DNA from: Massalongia carnosa
Lineage: Eukaryota
DNA: 64,000 bases
Direction: 5' to 3'
Assembly (NCBI GenBank): GCA_965645245.1
Contig: OZ287083.1
Location: 434,001-498,000 of the forward strand
Shown here: positions 10,988 through 24,100 of the stretch, in pieces
How the letters are laid out: each line of letters opens with the position of its first letter
How positions within the stretch are numbered: position 1 is the first letter of the stretch
Notes under the pieces: model-generated
Seen by the model: only the letters and a program-made list of their open reading frames with translations
Database searches by the model: none
What the model was told of the DNA's origin: nothing
Made by a program: the position numbers and the translations under genes

Positions 10988-13900
10988 GCTCTGCGGAAGA
11001 ACAATAGAGCGGCTAAAGAAGAGTGTTGATCAGATCATATTCACATCATTAACTTTCGATGTTAAAGTTTGGGTGGACAAAAGGTGTTGATGTCGTATCG
11101 AACGCTTACTAAAAGTCTTAAGGAGTCATTTGCAGGGAAACAACCTGGAAGCGCTGCCGGAACTTTTGTACGCTACTTCATTTCCTCCTTTATTCAACAT
11201 CAATTAATTCTCAACATACCCAAACATCAAGCTGTTAGCCTCACAGACAGCTTTTATCGATGCAATCATAAATTGTGCTTGGTTCACATAATCTTATTTT
11301 GACCTGGGATAGAAGCTGGTTTACTACTCTATTTCCTCAACCTCGAAGTCTATCTACTGAGGTTCCCCAGAATTTGAAACAACTCAACCAATAAGTACAA
11401 CCCCCAAAGAATTGGCCGCGAAGATTGCCAGGTGCAGCTCCGTGCTCCGAAAGAACAATATAATCTGCACTGTAAGGTTTCATATCCAGCTTTATACATA
11501 AGAAATAAGTGTTCGTCCAAGATTTGCATAACTTAACGAATTCCATCCCCAGCTCGCACAAAAGAAAGACGCAACAGGTATCCAAAGCAGCGCCCAAAAA
11601 TAAAAAAATTTAGTGTCAGCATATCCAAAATCTCTCTTCCAATGTGTCTTCACAGCCTATTTTCTGAGCCGCCCTGGTCTTTCTAGATGGCAATCCTCGG
11701 TATATCCGCTGTGAATTCTCATTTAAGAGCTGTTGATCTATGAGCGGCTTCGCTGACTGATCCTGAGCTTGCGAGCCGTAGAGGAGGAGCGGGCCTGAGC
11801 CTAAGAGGCCGACCAGGGGGGTTAACAATCAACTTGACAGGCCGACGAGGAGGGTTTAGAGTAAGCGTAACTCTCCCGACTAAAATTTTGATGCTAGTAG
11901 CTACCGCTTGAGGAGGCCGCGAAACCAGCCTAACCTTTCGAATTCCATTTGTGGCCGCCGAAGTTGGGCCTTGTCTTCGAGTTTGATATGCCCTATTTGG
12001 CACGTCAGTATGAGGTCACAGGAGAAAATCGAAAAGGACTGGCCTGATTTATTTGCCATTGTGTGCTTTAGTGCTGTTTCTAGTCTCGAGGTATTGGCTG
12101 ATACCAAAAATTATGCCGAGTTCCTTGAATTAAGTCCGAGATCTGCTGCAAGATACAAATGTCTGGCTTGGATGAGTTAGTAAATTGATGGGCGGGAGCT
12201 GAGGTAAGATGGGCTCCGACAGAAGAGGGATCTCCACGTCGAATGGGATGATGGATTTTCTGCAATGATTCTTTTATTGATTGAGCTGGATGCAGAAGAA
12301 GACTGTTGAATGGATCAACCGAAAGGAAATAGGTAAAATATATAGTATATGGAAAAACATCTCATGGGAATTCACAAATGATTATTATTACATGGCCCTT
12401 CCTCTTTTAGAGTTACATATACATTGGCGGGCGGGTGCTAACGCTATCAGACGCTATATTCTGCTGAATTCTTAAACCTCAGTTGGTCGCTGATTATTAC
12501 CTTCAGGAGTTTCTTATCTAACATGTAATAAAAAGAGTCTTTTTGCTGCTGGTTTTGACGCAATCTAGACCAAGCGGTTGTAGGTTTGCACCTGCCTGAT
12601 CCTAGAGGAATGGCTTCGAAGACTTATTTTTTCTTATCTGACAGCTGACTATTGGCCTTTCTGAGAGGTCTTCTCTGCTTGCTGATGTATTAAGAAATGA
12701 ACCTAACTAGGTCTCGACGCTTCGCAAAAACCATAAGGGAAGGAGCAACAACGGAGTTTAGGAATTTGCTGAGATTAGTCAACTAAGATAGATAACCTTG
12801 AAGCTATTGAAGAGAATTGTTGACATAAAAATTTTCATGTTTTTTGCTACTTACTAGTCCGCCTCTCAAAGAGTCGATAGAAAAATAATTACTGCCCCTA
12901 ATTTTTTTCTTGCTCCGGGAAGATGATACGCGCGAGTGGCAATCCTTAGCACATGTTATATCATGGAGGGTGCGTATCCACGCATACAAGGAATGTATAA
13001 CCCGCATTTTACGTGTTAACTAAACTTCTTCTCAAAGCTAAACGGGACGTACGTTCAAAATTATTGTATCTCCCCCCTAGGAAAACCATGATATTCATGA
13101 GCAGCAGAACTGAAGCATAGAATCATCTCTATGTTGAGACAAAAAGCAGGCGGAACAATAATATACGAGTCTTCAAAATGTTCTGAAACACTTCTTGACT
13201 CAAGAAGAAACGAAAAGAGCACTTATCTTGCGTGATATTACCATGAACTCAGATTTCGAATGAGGAACGCTACTAGGGTTTTCAATAGCAGATGGACTAC
13301 GCTAATGGCGGAGAGATTGATTATGGCCCTCGCCCTTGGATTGGTTCTTCCTGAAGATGTTGATCCTTATAAGTTTGGGCTTTTTATCGCCCTCTGCTTT
13401 CAAAGCTTTCTATGCTAAATAGCTTGCTGGATTACATAGAAAAACGCGACGCTGAGCTTAAACTGACGCCTCCTTACCTACGGCGGGAGGTACAATCTCT
13501 TCGATTCTTAGGCGGTCGTGGGGTTACACATGAATATCTAGCCAGATATAACTTCCTAGCGAACACCCAAGGAATGCACAATGCTACAAACGAAATGTTG
13601 CGTTTTCTGCATTTTTCGAGGACTACAAGCAGGCCCTAGAAATATAAAGAAAATACTGTGCGGTGTTGATTTAAACCTATGGAAGAATGGACAGTTCTAT
13701 CCTTCATCATTGTCGCGTTCCTTACTTCAAATCTTGAGTATTTATGTTAAGACGCGCCATCAAGAGTAAAAAGGCTCAGATCTTCTTTCTGAGAGAATGA
13801 TGCAGATGCAATGGCTCCCTTGTCGTTTTACTCAATGCTATCTCCAGAAGATCCTGGACTAGTTAGATCATCAGGCAAAATGCTATCAGTGTTTTCCTTA

Positions 13901-14570
13901 TTCGTAGCAGGAGCAGAATACAGCGAGCCGCTTTGTGCATCAGTCTCGGCGGTCGAGGGCACGAACGAGTTTGCTAGGGAGATTGATTCATCTTAAGCAT
14001 CATTCGCTTCTTGAGAGATCGGATCATGTTGTAAATCGTCGGAGAGGAGGCGGTATTTCCTTCAACATTCGACTATACTTGCCCAGGTTTTACCCAACAC
14101 GATATGTCAGTTCCAGGACAAAGATTTCTTTAGGTAACCTGGTTAGCGCCTTCAATCTCGCTTCAATCTCGAGATTCTAGGGCTCATTGCGGGAGTTTCT
14201 GTCCCTGGTTGGAAGGTTCCCATTTCCAATTATCTCTGCAATAGCTGCTTTGATAAGGAGTAGCACATCGAATACGAGCACAGCAAACTGTTTTGAAGTT
14301 GAAACCCGTTGCAGGATAGCCCCAATGATCTAGAGTAATTCTGTCAATATAGGCCGAGTAATGACATCGCAGTTGTAAAAGGGTCGCTGCAAAAAAACAT
14401 TCTCCTTATAAGTTGATGGGGAATTAGCGCAAGAGAGACGTCAGAACCAAGTTGTGACGGTGATCTCGGGTTCTAAATTTCAGGTTCTTTTTTTCTTTTT
14501 TTTTCTTTTTTTACATTATCGACTTGACATGTCCTGACTGCTTTTTCCACGGGAGAAACTTTGACCTTAT

Positions 14571-14602
14571 AATAGTTAATTGATCTCGATCAATTAACTA
14601 TT
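14571..14602. repeat. Perfect 15-bp inverted repeat with 2-nt spacer
   Basis: AATAGTTAATTGATC-TC-GATCAATTAACTATT read directly. Confidence 0.85.
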
Positions 14603-15465
14603 TATGTTGGTTCTCTGAATGTTGCTAAGTTTCTTGCTTTTTTCATTAAGTGCTTAAACTCCGATCTGCAAAACTCAATCTTCAAACAATCCAAACCCGG
14701 ATTAGACATGGCGATACAATTGCCACACGCTATTTTCTTCTTACATTATCTCATAATATATTGCTTGGTAAAGGAGATACGGGTAAATCGATTTTCTTGT
14801 CTGGTGCGCGCCGACAAGCATGAGATTTTTTAACAAGCAATGGATGTTTTATTTAAAAATCCAAGTTATTCGACCAGCAGGTTTTAATTCTACTTACTTC
14901 CCAGTCTGCCTTGGGTTGCACGATGCTTGCGGCTTACATTGCTAAAACAAACGCAAGGTTCCTCGAACATTAGCTACCGCGACAATGATCAAGTTTTCAA
15001 TATGTTCATTGAAATAACATACTGACAACTCCAACGTAAGCTATGTTGTCTCTCGTTCACAACCTGACTTATTTGTATCTCTAAGTCCAGCAGATGTTCT
15101 GGGCAACCGACCACAAGGGAAATAAAAAATCCATCAAGAACCTTAGTGGCAGATCGAGAACTTTAAAAGAAGCCATCAAGTAAGCTCAAGAAGTAAAAAC
15201 ACTTCAACTCCTTGAGAAAGATGACCGTAAAGACTGGTATTTGGCTTCATTTCTTCTTCAGATCTGCCTTCACAATTCCTTATCACCGAAACTTTCCTCC
15301 TTCCTAGGGTTTCCAAGTAACTTCCTTTTACATTACCACACCGTGGACAAACGGTGATCAACCGGTCCAACCACACTTGCAAGTTTGGAAATTTGCACAG
15401 TCGCTATACTCGGATGTCAGCAGCTGTTTGGCGTCTAAAGGGAGGGAACCTACACATCTCCAATC

Positions 15466-15984
15466 TCAATCTCCTTTGATGAAACTGCCCCTTTGATTGC
15501 TATCTTGACTGGGCATAGCCTCTGTCATCCAAATCCTGGAATCAGGCTCTGTATGGAACCTTACAGTGCGATATTCCTCTGAAGAAGGCTCTTGCTTCAG
15601 CCAAGCTGGAATTTCTGGGGCTTCTGAGAGCGGAAGAAAACTCCTCCCTTCTGCCTCGGGATAGACACCTTCCAGCCAATGCAAGATCCTATCCCTTTTG
15701 ACTTCATCCCCAACGTCTTTTGGTAATCGACGGAGCTGGGCTTCCGCAAGTTCATGGCGAATAGGTTTATCGAAGCTCCATTGGAGAACATCTTCGTAGC
15801 GTAGCATTCCCCGCGGAGTTTTTTTTGAGCCATGGGATATATCTTTTAATATTTGGGTGGTATTGTCATAGATCCCTTCTTGCTTCTGAATTGGAGGAGT
15901 ACTGCTCCGTGCCTGTGTCTCATGGGTTTCATTCCCATCATCAGGCCCATGTATGGCGTGTACCTTGGGCTTCATCATGCTCAT
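15466..15984 (-). CDS. Orphan hypothetical protein (172 aa ORF)
   Basis: ATG-started 172-codon ORF with protein-like composition (RHELAEAQLRRLP...RDRILHWLEGV). No recognisable domain. Confidence 0.4.
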   Translation of the reverse strand: MSMMKPKVHAIHGPDDGNETHETQARSSTPPIQKQEGIYDNTTQILKDISHGSKKTPRGMLRYEDVLQWSFDKPIRHELAEAQLRRLPKDVGDEVKRDRILHWLEGVYPEAEGRSFLPLSEAPEIPAWLKQEPSSEEYRTVRFHTEPDSRIWMTEAMPSQDSNQRGSFIKGD

Positions 15985-16712
15985 AGGTTAAATTTACTTT
16001 TGTTGATTCCTTGTTGTCGTTCTTCAACCTATCCCTTAAGTTGGCTTCAGAGGCGTAAATGCGGAGCTATTTTCTAATGTGCAGCGGTGCCATTTTATAC
16101 TATGTTCTTTCTAGCGAGTAATTATACGGATCATGGCTCTACTGCACCTTGGTCTTGCTCATCAACGAGGTTTCGTGGAGAGTTGGTTCGGTCATACAAA
16201 ACGTGGGGAAAACGGAGCCAGTCAATGAATGCATGCTATTTGTCGATAGAAAGGCTTAAAGTTTGTTGCGCCTAGTGCTGAATCTATCGACCCGTGCATC
16301 TCTTGGACACAGACCTATTCGTCGTACAATGGACCATCCGGCAAACCCGAATTGATTTATCCGTGAAACAGATGTGCTCAAGCTATGGCTTCAAGGCTGT
16401 CCTGCCATAACTGCAAGAACATCAAGTCTATACTACGCTTTATTGAGAGAAAGAACGAGTCTAGAATTGAGAAAATCTCCCGTCCAAGCAGTTCACAGTT
16501 CCATAGACTCGATCTTACATAAACACGCTGCCCCTATCTCCACACCACGAATAACCAGGGGATGGGCTGTTAGATACTGCTTCTCCTGTGACCATGTAAT
16601 CTCAACCCATCCCACTTTTGCAAGCCCTTTGCGTCCGTTTATCGAGATTTTTGCTATTTCAACTGATAACAACATAAATATCCAGACAGGAGTCAAAGGT
16701 CCCAACACTTCG

Positions 16713-16841
16713 CTTCTTCTTCTTCTTCTTCTTCTTCTCCTCACTACCCCCCCCTTTCCCCCTATATATAAAATAATCCATTTCAAACAGAGCCAAACTG
16801 CGTGATGCCCGCGCTTCCCACATCATCATCATCATCATCAT
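16713..16841. repeat. Microsatellite cluster (CTT)8 and (CAT)7
   Basis: (CTT)8 at 16713-16736 and (CAT)7 at 16821-16841. An (AG)n run follows near 17110-17128. Confidence 0.9.
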
Positions 16842-17763
16842 CAAGCCTCCCCACGCAAAGCATGCTCTCATCACAACAATCCGATCAGACCCAATCAACC
16901 CATTTAAGATAACCCCCCTGCTCGATCAAGCAAAATTCCCGAAGCGGAATATCCAACGTACGGCAGCAGGAATCTATCGCTTTTTTTTTCATTACGTTCT
17001 AGATCTTACTTTCTCTTCGGGAATCTTTCGTTGTGGAAAAAAAAAAGGGGTAAGGGAAATGGGGTAGGTTTGCGGGATGGGGGATAGAGGAAGGAAGTAT
17101 GTATCTCTAAGAGAGAGAGAGAGAGAGATTCTATACTCAAAACTCAATACTCAATAAACCAACCAACCAACCAACTCCAGCTCCCGATTCGTTCGCCCGC
17201 CAGCCCGATCGATTCGGGGCAGGCAACGGCTAGAAACCGGTAAATATATATATTTTTTAAAAAAAGGGTCGTGATGTCCACATCTAGATTCTACTTTTTC
17301 ACTTTTTTTTTCCGATGGAGAAGTTCCGAGGTTCTGGGGTTGATGATGATACAATTTCTCGCGAGAGGAAGAGAGGAAGAGAGGAGAGGGGTTAGGAAGA
17401 TAGATATTACTGTTTAAATGGACAGAGAAATATAGGTGGGGGAGGGGGGGCTTGGTCCTAGTTTGTCATTCTCCCGGGGGTTGGGGGGCAACTAGATTGA
17501 AAGAACGAACGAGAAACGATTAGCTGAGGGAGTAAAGTAGGCGTTTTGTAGATTAGAGAGAGACTATCGGCACGAATATCAAAGATTCGGAAACGGTGAA
17601 GAAATGTTTTGGGGGGGGGGAAACCTCTTCGTGGTTTCGCTCCAAAACCCCCCCCCCCCATGAGGTACCCTAAGCGCCCAGAAACGCCCCTTTAAGATAG
17701 GATAGATAGATGTATGCATGAAACCGAACTAGCAAAACGCACCCCATGCGAAAACCTTCCCGA

Positions 17764-19502
17764 TCACTGTCCCGGGGAAACCAGCAGACCTTTGCGATTC
17801 GCATCGTGGGCCCACCCGCCCGCTCTCGCCTCGCCGCCCTCGCGCGCCGCGAACCCCTTCACGCGTGCCTCCAGCTCCGGCCGGAAATGGCGGATGAGGC
17901 CCTGCAAAGGCCAAGCGAAAGCTTCTCCCAGCGCTGGTGAAAACAATGTCAGTGCCCTGGTTATTGGTCGAGGGTGGAACACGTCCCTTCCCTCGGCAAG
18001 GTGCAATGGCGGAATACAAAACAAAAGGGGGACTCACCGCAAATCGTGTGCCCCTCGACCTGCTTCGTAAGCTCCTGCAACATGTCGATTTCGCGCTCGC
18101 GCGCCTGGCCTCGCTCGAAACGCTTCATGATCTGCTCCGTCCACTTGCTGCCCTCGCGGCACGGCGTGCACTGCCCGCAGCTCTCGTGCTTGTAGAAACT
18201 GGCGAGGCGCGAGATGGCGCGCACGACGTCGGTGCTCTTGTCCATGACGATCACGGCGGCGGTGCCCAGCCCGGACTGGCTGTCCTTGAGCGCGTCAAAG
18301 TCCATCAGCTGGGTGTCACAGACTGACTTGGGAAGGATGGGCGTCGAGGACCCGCCAGGGATGATGGCTTTCAGATTGTCCCAGCCGCCCCGCACGCCTC
18401 CGCAATGCTTGTCAATCAGCTCTTTCAGCGGTATGCTCATTTCTTCCTCGACCGTGCACGGATTGTTGACATGTCCCGAAATACAGAATAGCTTGGTGCC
18501 CGAGTTTCTATCACGGCCAAAGGAATTGAACCAGCTGGCACCCCGGCGGACGATGGTGGGCGCCACTGCTATGGTTTCGACGTTTGCTACGGTCGAGGGG
18601 CAACCGAAGAGGCCGACTGACGCAGGGAAGGGCGGCTTCAAACGGGGTTTGCCCGGCTTGCCTTCGAGCGATTCAATGAGCGAGGTCTCTTCTCCACACA
18701 CGTAGGCGCCCATTCCACGATGGATGAAGATATCAAAATCGTAGCCGCTTCCGCACGCGTTGTGGCCGATCAGGCCCGCTTTATAGGCTTCCTGGATCGC
18801 ACGTTGCAGCACTGTTGCTTCGTGGTAGAATTCACCACGAATATAAATGTAGGCTGCGCTGCAGTTCATGGCGCGCCCAGCGACGAGGCAACCTTCAATC
18901 AGTTTGTGCGGGTCTTTGCGCATAATCTCCCGGTCTTTGCACGTTCCCGGCTCGCCTTCATCGGCGTTGACCACCAGATATCGAGGTTTCGTGTCTTTGT
19001 CCCAGTCTTTGAAGTTCATAAACGACTGCAGCAGGTCAGCGGAAGACCTTTTACCATTGCAGGTTTTCCTACCCATTTCATCCCCGAAGGAAACCCCGCC
19101 CCACCCCGTCCCCTCAGGCCAGAAGCCTTGATCTCAGATATGATCTATCATGACGCTATCAGCACAACCAGCATCACGCTCTCAATCTGGCACACCGACC
19201 CAGTCATGGCCCTTTAATATGATCTCCTTGGTCTTGTACCAGTCGCCATACTTCATGGCACTCTTGAGATCCGTTCCATGATGGCCGTAAAGATTCTGGA
19301 ATATCCTGTCCCGATCCTTCAATCCACCAAAATGTGTCTTCTTCGGTGGCGGTTCATCTTGAACCGTAGCTAGCCCTCGAGCTTGCTGTCGTGGCGCTGC
19401 GGGACGAACGAGGGAGCCACGAGAGACTATACAAACCAGCGGAAAGACACGCTGAGAGAGAGCGCTAATGGGCTGTGGAGTGGTAGCTCGTGAAGTAATC
19501 AT
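17764..19502 (-). CDS. nuo51: NADH:ubiquinone oxidoreductase 51-kDa flavoprotein subunit (NDUFV1/NuoF orthologue)
   Basis: Mitochondrial presequence, then [76 protein letters not shown], and [18 protein letters not shown] split by an intron. Confidence 0.97.
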
Positions 19503-19623
19503 TGCGATTGAGGAAGGGAAGAAGATGTAGTTGGGGGGTGAGGGCAAAAATGGGCAGTCATCATCATGATCTAAGCGATACCTAGGTCCACAATTTCTGA
19601 TTGGATGGATGAAAATCTTGTTT

Positions 19624-19659
19624 GATTGATTAGATTGATAAGATTGATAAGATTGATAA
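19624..19659. repeat. Tandem 9-bp repeat (GATTGATAA)x4 containing three TGATAA GATA sites, upstream of nuo51
   Basis: GATTGATTA-GATTGATAA-GATTGATAA-GATTGATAA. A CCAAT box (ATTGG on +) lies at 19600-19604. Confidence 0.8.
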
Positions 19660-20339
19660 TTTTCGATCTCGCTCTAGCTACTTTAGGTTTCATGCCGGAT
19701 ATAGCTTTTTGCGTTTCCGGATACAGAGCTAGACATCCCCATCCCTCGTCAAAACATCGGGCTTTCCCCGCGCCAATTACGTACTCTGTACAAGGAAACT
19801 CCTCGCCACGTTTCATCGCATCGGAGAACCCTGGCTTGGAAACCGGTTCCAGGGGTTCCGACCGGCGGGCTTCGTAAAACACCTAGGGTTTGCGCATGTG
19901 ACCGTGATATAAGGTATCCATCGAGAGGGAAGTCGTGAGCACGACATAGCCAGGCACTTAGCCAGTGGTGATTAGAGTGTTATAGGGTAGTCAAGGGATT
20001 AATGTGTGGGGTGGGGGTTTTAGCAATTAGTGGACGAGGGTTCGTCTGGCGAGCGAAAAAGGGCACACAAAGTTGCCTCTCACTGCTCCTGTTTCAATCC
20101 ACCTTCCTACCCCTGAGGCGGCTTCGTTTCTCTTGTTTTACCGCCCCTCTGGTCTCGAGTTATACCATCAACTCACTTTGCTGCCTAATTTCTCTTGAGG
20201 ATTAGGAGCGTAAAGACAGATAGATGCAGGGAAAATATTAAGACGGAGAATGTGGAAGTATTCTAGAAGACGGAATCGGACGTTTCGCAGCAGATCATGA
20301 GGATGTCAATGGATGTACAGAAATCTACCCCCCTTCGTA

Positions 20340-21195
20340 TCACTCCCCTTTCACCTCCCTCTCCACAAACTCAACCAAATCCTCGATCGTGCAAACCTTC
20401 AAACCCCACCGCCTTCCAAACCGTAAGCAGCCATCCCTCCTCATCATCCCTCCTCCAATCCTCTCCGCCCGCCCCTGCACCTCCTCGCCATCCTCCACCA
20501 ACTCGCAAATCACACCGACCGGCCGCTTCCCCGCCAAGCGGCAAAACTCGATCGCGGCCTCTGTGTGGCCCTTGCGCGCTCGGATGCCGCCGTCGCGTGC
20601 GCGTAGCGGGAGCACGTGGCCAGGTCGACGGAAGGAGGCGGGGGTTGCGGAGAGAGAGGCGAGGGTGCGGCAGGTAATGGCGCGGTCGTGGGCGGAGATG
20701 CCGGTTGTGAGGGTGGGGTCACAGGCGTCGATGGAAAGGGTGTAGGCTGTACGGTTAGGGTCTGCATTGTCGAGAACCATTTGTGGGAGGTTAAGAGTGG
20801 CTGTGAGGGTGGAGGGGATAGGGGCGCAGATAAGACCACTGAAATCGTTGGAGGAGTTAGGAGGCTTTGCGGGGAAGCGGCGGAGAAAGGCGTTTCAAGT
20901 GTAGGGGGCTTACCTGGAATGGCGGATCATGAAGGCCATTTGTTCAGTTGTGATGTCCTGGGCAGCGCAAATGAGGTCGCCTTCGTTCTCGCGGTCGGTG
21001 GAGTCGAGAACGACGATAAACTCGCCATTTTCTGCACATGAGCTCCTAGGTTAGCATATTGGTCGGGTATCTATTGGCTGATTCTTAGGGAGGGCAGAAT
21101 AGCCCATATATAGAAAGAAAGAAAGGCATACTGAATGCTTTTATTGTGTCTTCGATAGTATCAAAATATCGCTTTCCAACACCATTGACCTGCAT
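20340..21195 (-). CDS. RIB3: 3,4-dihydroxy-2-butanone-4-phosphate synthase (riboflavin biosynthesis)
   Basis: [11 protein letters not shown] / [22 protein letters not shown] / GLICAP...TAYTLSIDA...[10 protein letters not shown]...RPGHVLPL...[14 protein letters not shown]. Two introns. Confidence 0.96.
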
Positions 21196-24100
21196 CTGCT
21201 CGGTCGACTATCCTTTTGAGAGCTGCAAGACAGCGCTCTAGGTATTAGGACAAGAAATCACTTATATAAGACAATTGAACATTAAAGAATCCTGTTGTAA
21301 ATTGCTCGTTAGAGGGCGTTTTCCTCCACTTCAATTATGAAAGAAGTCCGGGATTAATGTACCGATATCTATGAGCAGAAGAAGAACGCAGGAATTGAAG
21401 CGGGATAATTACAATTCTAGATGAAGAACACATTCAATTACTCCTTTAATGCTTTAATCATCGATGATAAATAACTTGAGGATACATCATTCCTCTGGAC
21501 GGTTAGCTGACATAGCTTACACTGTATAATTAAATTATCTCGGCCCGATGTCGGCGTCCGGAAAGTCCGACCTAAAAGACCCAATCAGTCACGTGCCTAA
21601 CTTCCAACCGGTCCATTGAACCCCTGCCCTAATCACCACCCCTTAGCTCACAGGAGAGTAAACTTCGTAACTAGTATTCACTTCGTTGGGCATAAAAAAA
21701 GGCCTGTTATGTAATAAATAACGATGCAATATCAACCTCAACACATTGGGAGGCATAGGCTGAAGAGAGGTGATAGCTGGTTATCGCTAGCATCCAGTTA
21801 CTTAAACGTCCCAAGAGCTTGGGATCTGCTACATTGAAAGAGTTGTGCTGAGGGGGATAGGCAGCAGGCTAAATCGTTCAACGAGGCTTTTGTCTACTCC
21901 CAAACCGCCAAGTTTAAATATCCGAGATAATTGGAGCGGACGAGACTGATTTTTCCGTTTGGAAAATGAATTAATGAGATTCTGGCCATCATATAGTCAC
22001 ATCTCTCCACATTACCCAAATAGACAACGCCATCCTCAAATCGAACCTTTACGCATCAAGCGGCATGCGCTTCTTGCTTGAAGTCCTCAGAAACACTAGC
22101 ACTCTGTTCGCCATTGACTGTCCAACGTTATTTCAGAAGGGTCAGCATTTTATTTCAGCATAGTGATCTCTATTATGGCGATAAGCATTTCGGAATCTCG
22201 AAACTAGTAAAAAGTCTTAAAACTTCCCAAAATAGAAACTCCGTTAGTGTGAGTTCGGTTTTCTTCTATCGATTCGGCTAGGGCGAAAGGTGATGCCGAA
22301 TCCGAGTGGGATACAGGCCGTGTATAGCCGACAAATGCTGAATGGGGATACTACCCAAAGAGTTGGACAAGAAGAGAAGTAAAAGGACATGAATAAACAA
22401 TCCTTCGGTACTCTTCTCCTCTTCATCATTGATTTGGAGTTCAGCATCCAAAGATCTTTTCCCATTCACTCACTTCTCAAATCAGCCGCATAGATAGATG
22501 AAGTTTTTCTCCTCGCTTCTGCCAAAACAAAGTCATTATAAAAGAAACACTCATCAAAACTGAATGTCAGCAGGACAGCAACGAAAAGAAAGTTACCTAG
22601 TCATGGATAATAATTACATATATTCAGCCAACACGATGATTTCCGTGAATTACCATTGTCTTAGGTTGAATATCGCTACATGAATGTAGTTACGACAGGT
22701 TTTTTGACCTATGAAGTTGAAAAAAGGTGCTGGAAGAAAGGAGCACGGAAGTAGCGTGAAGACTTGAGGTGAAGCTAGGTAGGTTGATAGCAGAGGTATG
22801 GAAATAACCACTGACGCGAAGAGATGGAGGTGATAGCAAGGATGTGGTGTAAGAAGAGGAGAGATGGATAGAAACTAATCTGAATAGAAAGATGGATGAA
22901 GTAATGGGTGAGAAAATTCCAACTAATTAGAGTAAAAGATAGAAAGAGAAAACTAGCGCGATAGCTGTCATGGTTGTGAGACCAATGATGAGTTTGACTT
23001 GTTTTGTGGAATAAGAGAGTGTTGAAGAAAACGGATAATGATACGCAAAAATAGTAAATGGTTAGCGTGATCAACTGAGGCGGCACGATGAAAGAAAAGG
23101 ATTAGATGCCTCAACATAGCAGGGAAGGGATTTGAGAAATAGTAAAGGGTTTCCTAGTATTGGAAGCTAGCAATCTAGAATCTGAATTTGGCCCTTGGAT
23201 CGATATGAGTTTATAGTCTATGCCTTATTTGAAGATAGCCTATTGCCAGTTTGTTTAACACGACTATACTCTTGAGAGACAAGTAAAATAAGTGGAAGAT
23301 GCGATTAACTTCAGGCTCGTCAAGGTAAATTACCAGGGTAGAGATAGAGGCAAAGATGGCGACAGAAATGCGCGGTTAGCAATCTTACTGATGGAGTATA
23401 CTTCCAGCTTGAGTTTGCTCTTAGTAGCAGCTTCTAGACCATCAACAAAGTAGCTTTATGAGGACATCTATACGAAGCAAGGGATCTGGCGTCATGTCTG
23501 TTGAATCGTATCAGATACCTGCATTACAGCCAGGTAGTCCTCGCAATAGAGCGTACTAAATCAGCCCTTGAAGGCTCCGGGAGGAGCTCTGTCCATGTAT
23601 CAGATGACAGCATCCTCAATGGCTATCTGGTGAATCATCTCGTGAATCAAAGCATTTTGCTCTCCTAGATGTTAAAAAAGGGACAAGCCTAAAAATGCGG
23701 GGAACTCCGGATTGATCGTATATGGAGGCGGTCATACATTCAGCCTCAGCGTACGCAGACGTGCATTTAACGCCTAAAGCAAGCATGCATTAATGCTATT
23801 GGTTGGAGGAGCCTTTGCCTTCAGCCGGTGAGCATGCTTTCCGGCGCCAGACTAAACGCGTTATCTTAGAAGGAGGCAAAGCATATGATCTAGTCAGAGC
23901 ATCTCGTGATAGGGAGAAGCGCTTTGTCCTGAAGAGGTAAAGCCTACCTAATAGTGAGACAATCGCCTTTAAAATTCAGATGAGGGATTTCTATGATAGG
24001 TGCAGACGTATAGATGAAATGCTCTTGTTTTCCTGATCTCAAAGCAAGGGTCTCCACTGCCTCATTATCTCCAAAAATGCGATGAAATGAACTTTGCTGG

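Noticed and set aside
11616..12107. Short overlapping minus-strand ORFs, including a basic Pro/Arg-rich 94-aa ORF
   Set aside because: No domain or splice support, so it cannot be distinguished from chance or relic sequence.
21750..22470. Fragment CVKVRFEDG..MAR on the minus strand resembling fungal aminoglycoside-phosphotransferase-like kinases
   Set aside because: Only one short motif amid stops; too weak to call.
22770..23700. Purine-skewed stretch that might be a decayed retrotransposon gag
   Set aside because: No LTRs, no zinc knuckle and no pol motifs could be identified.
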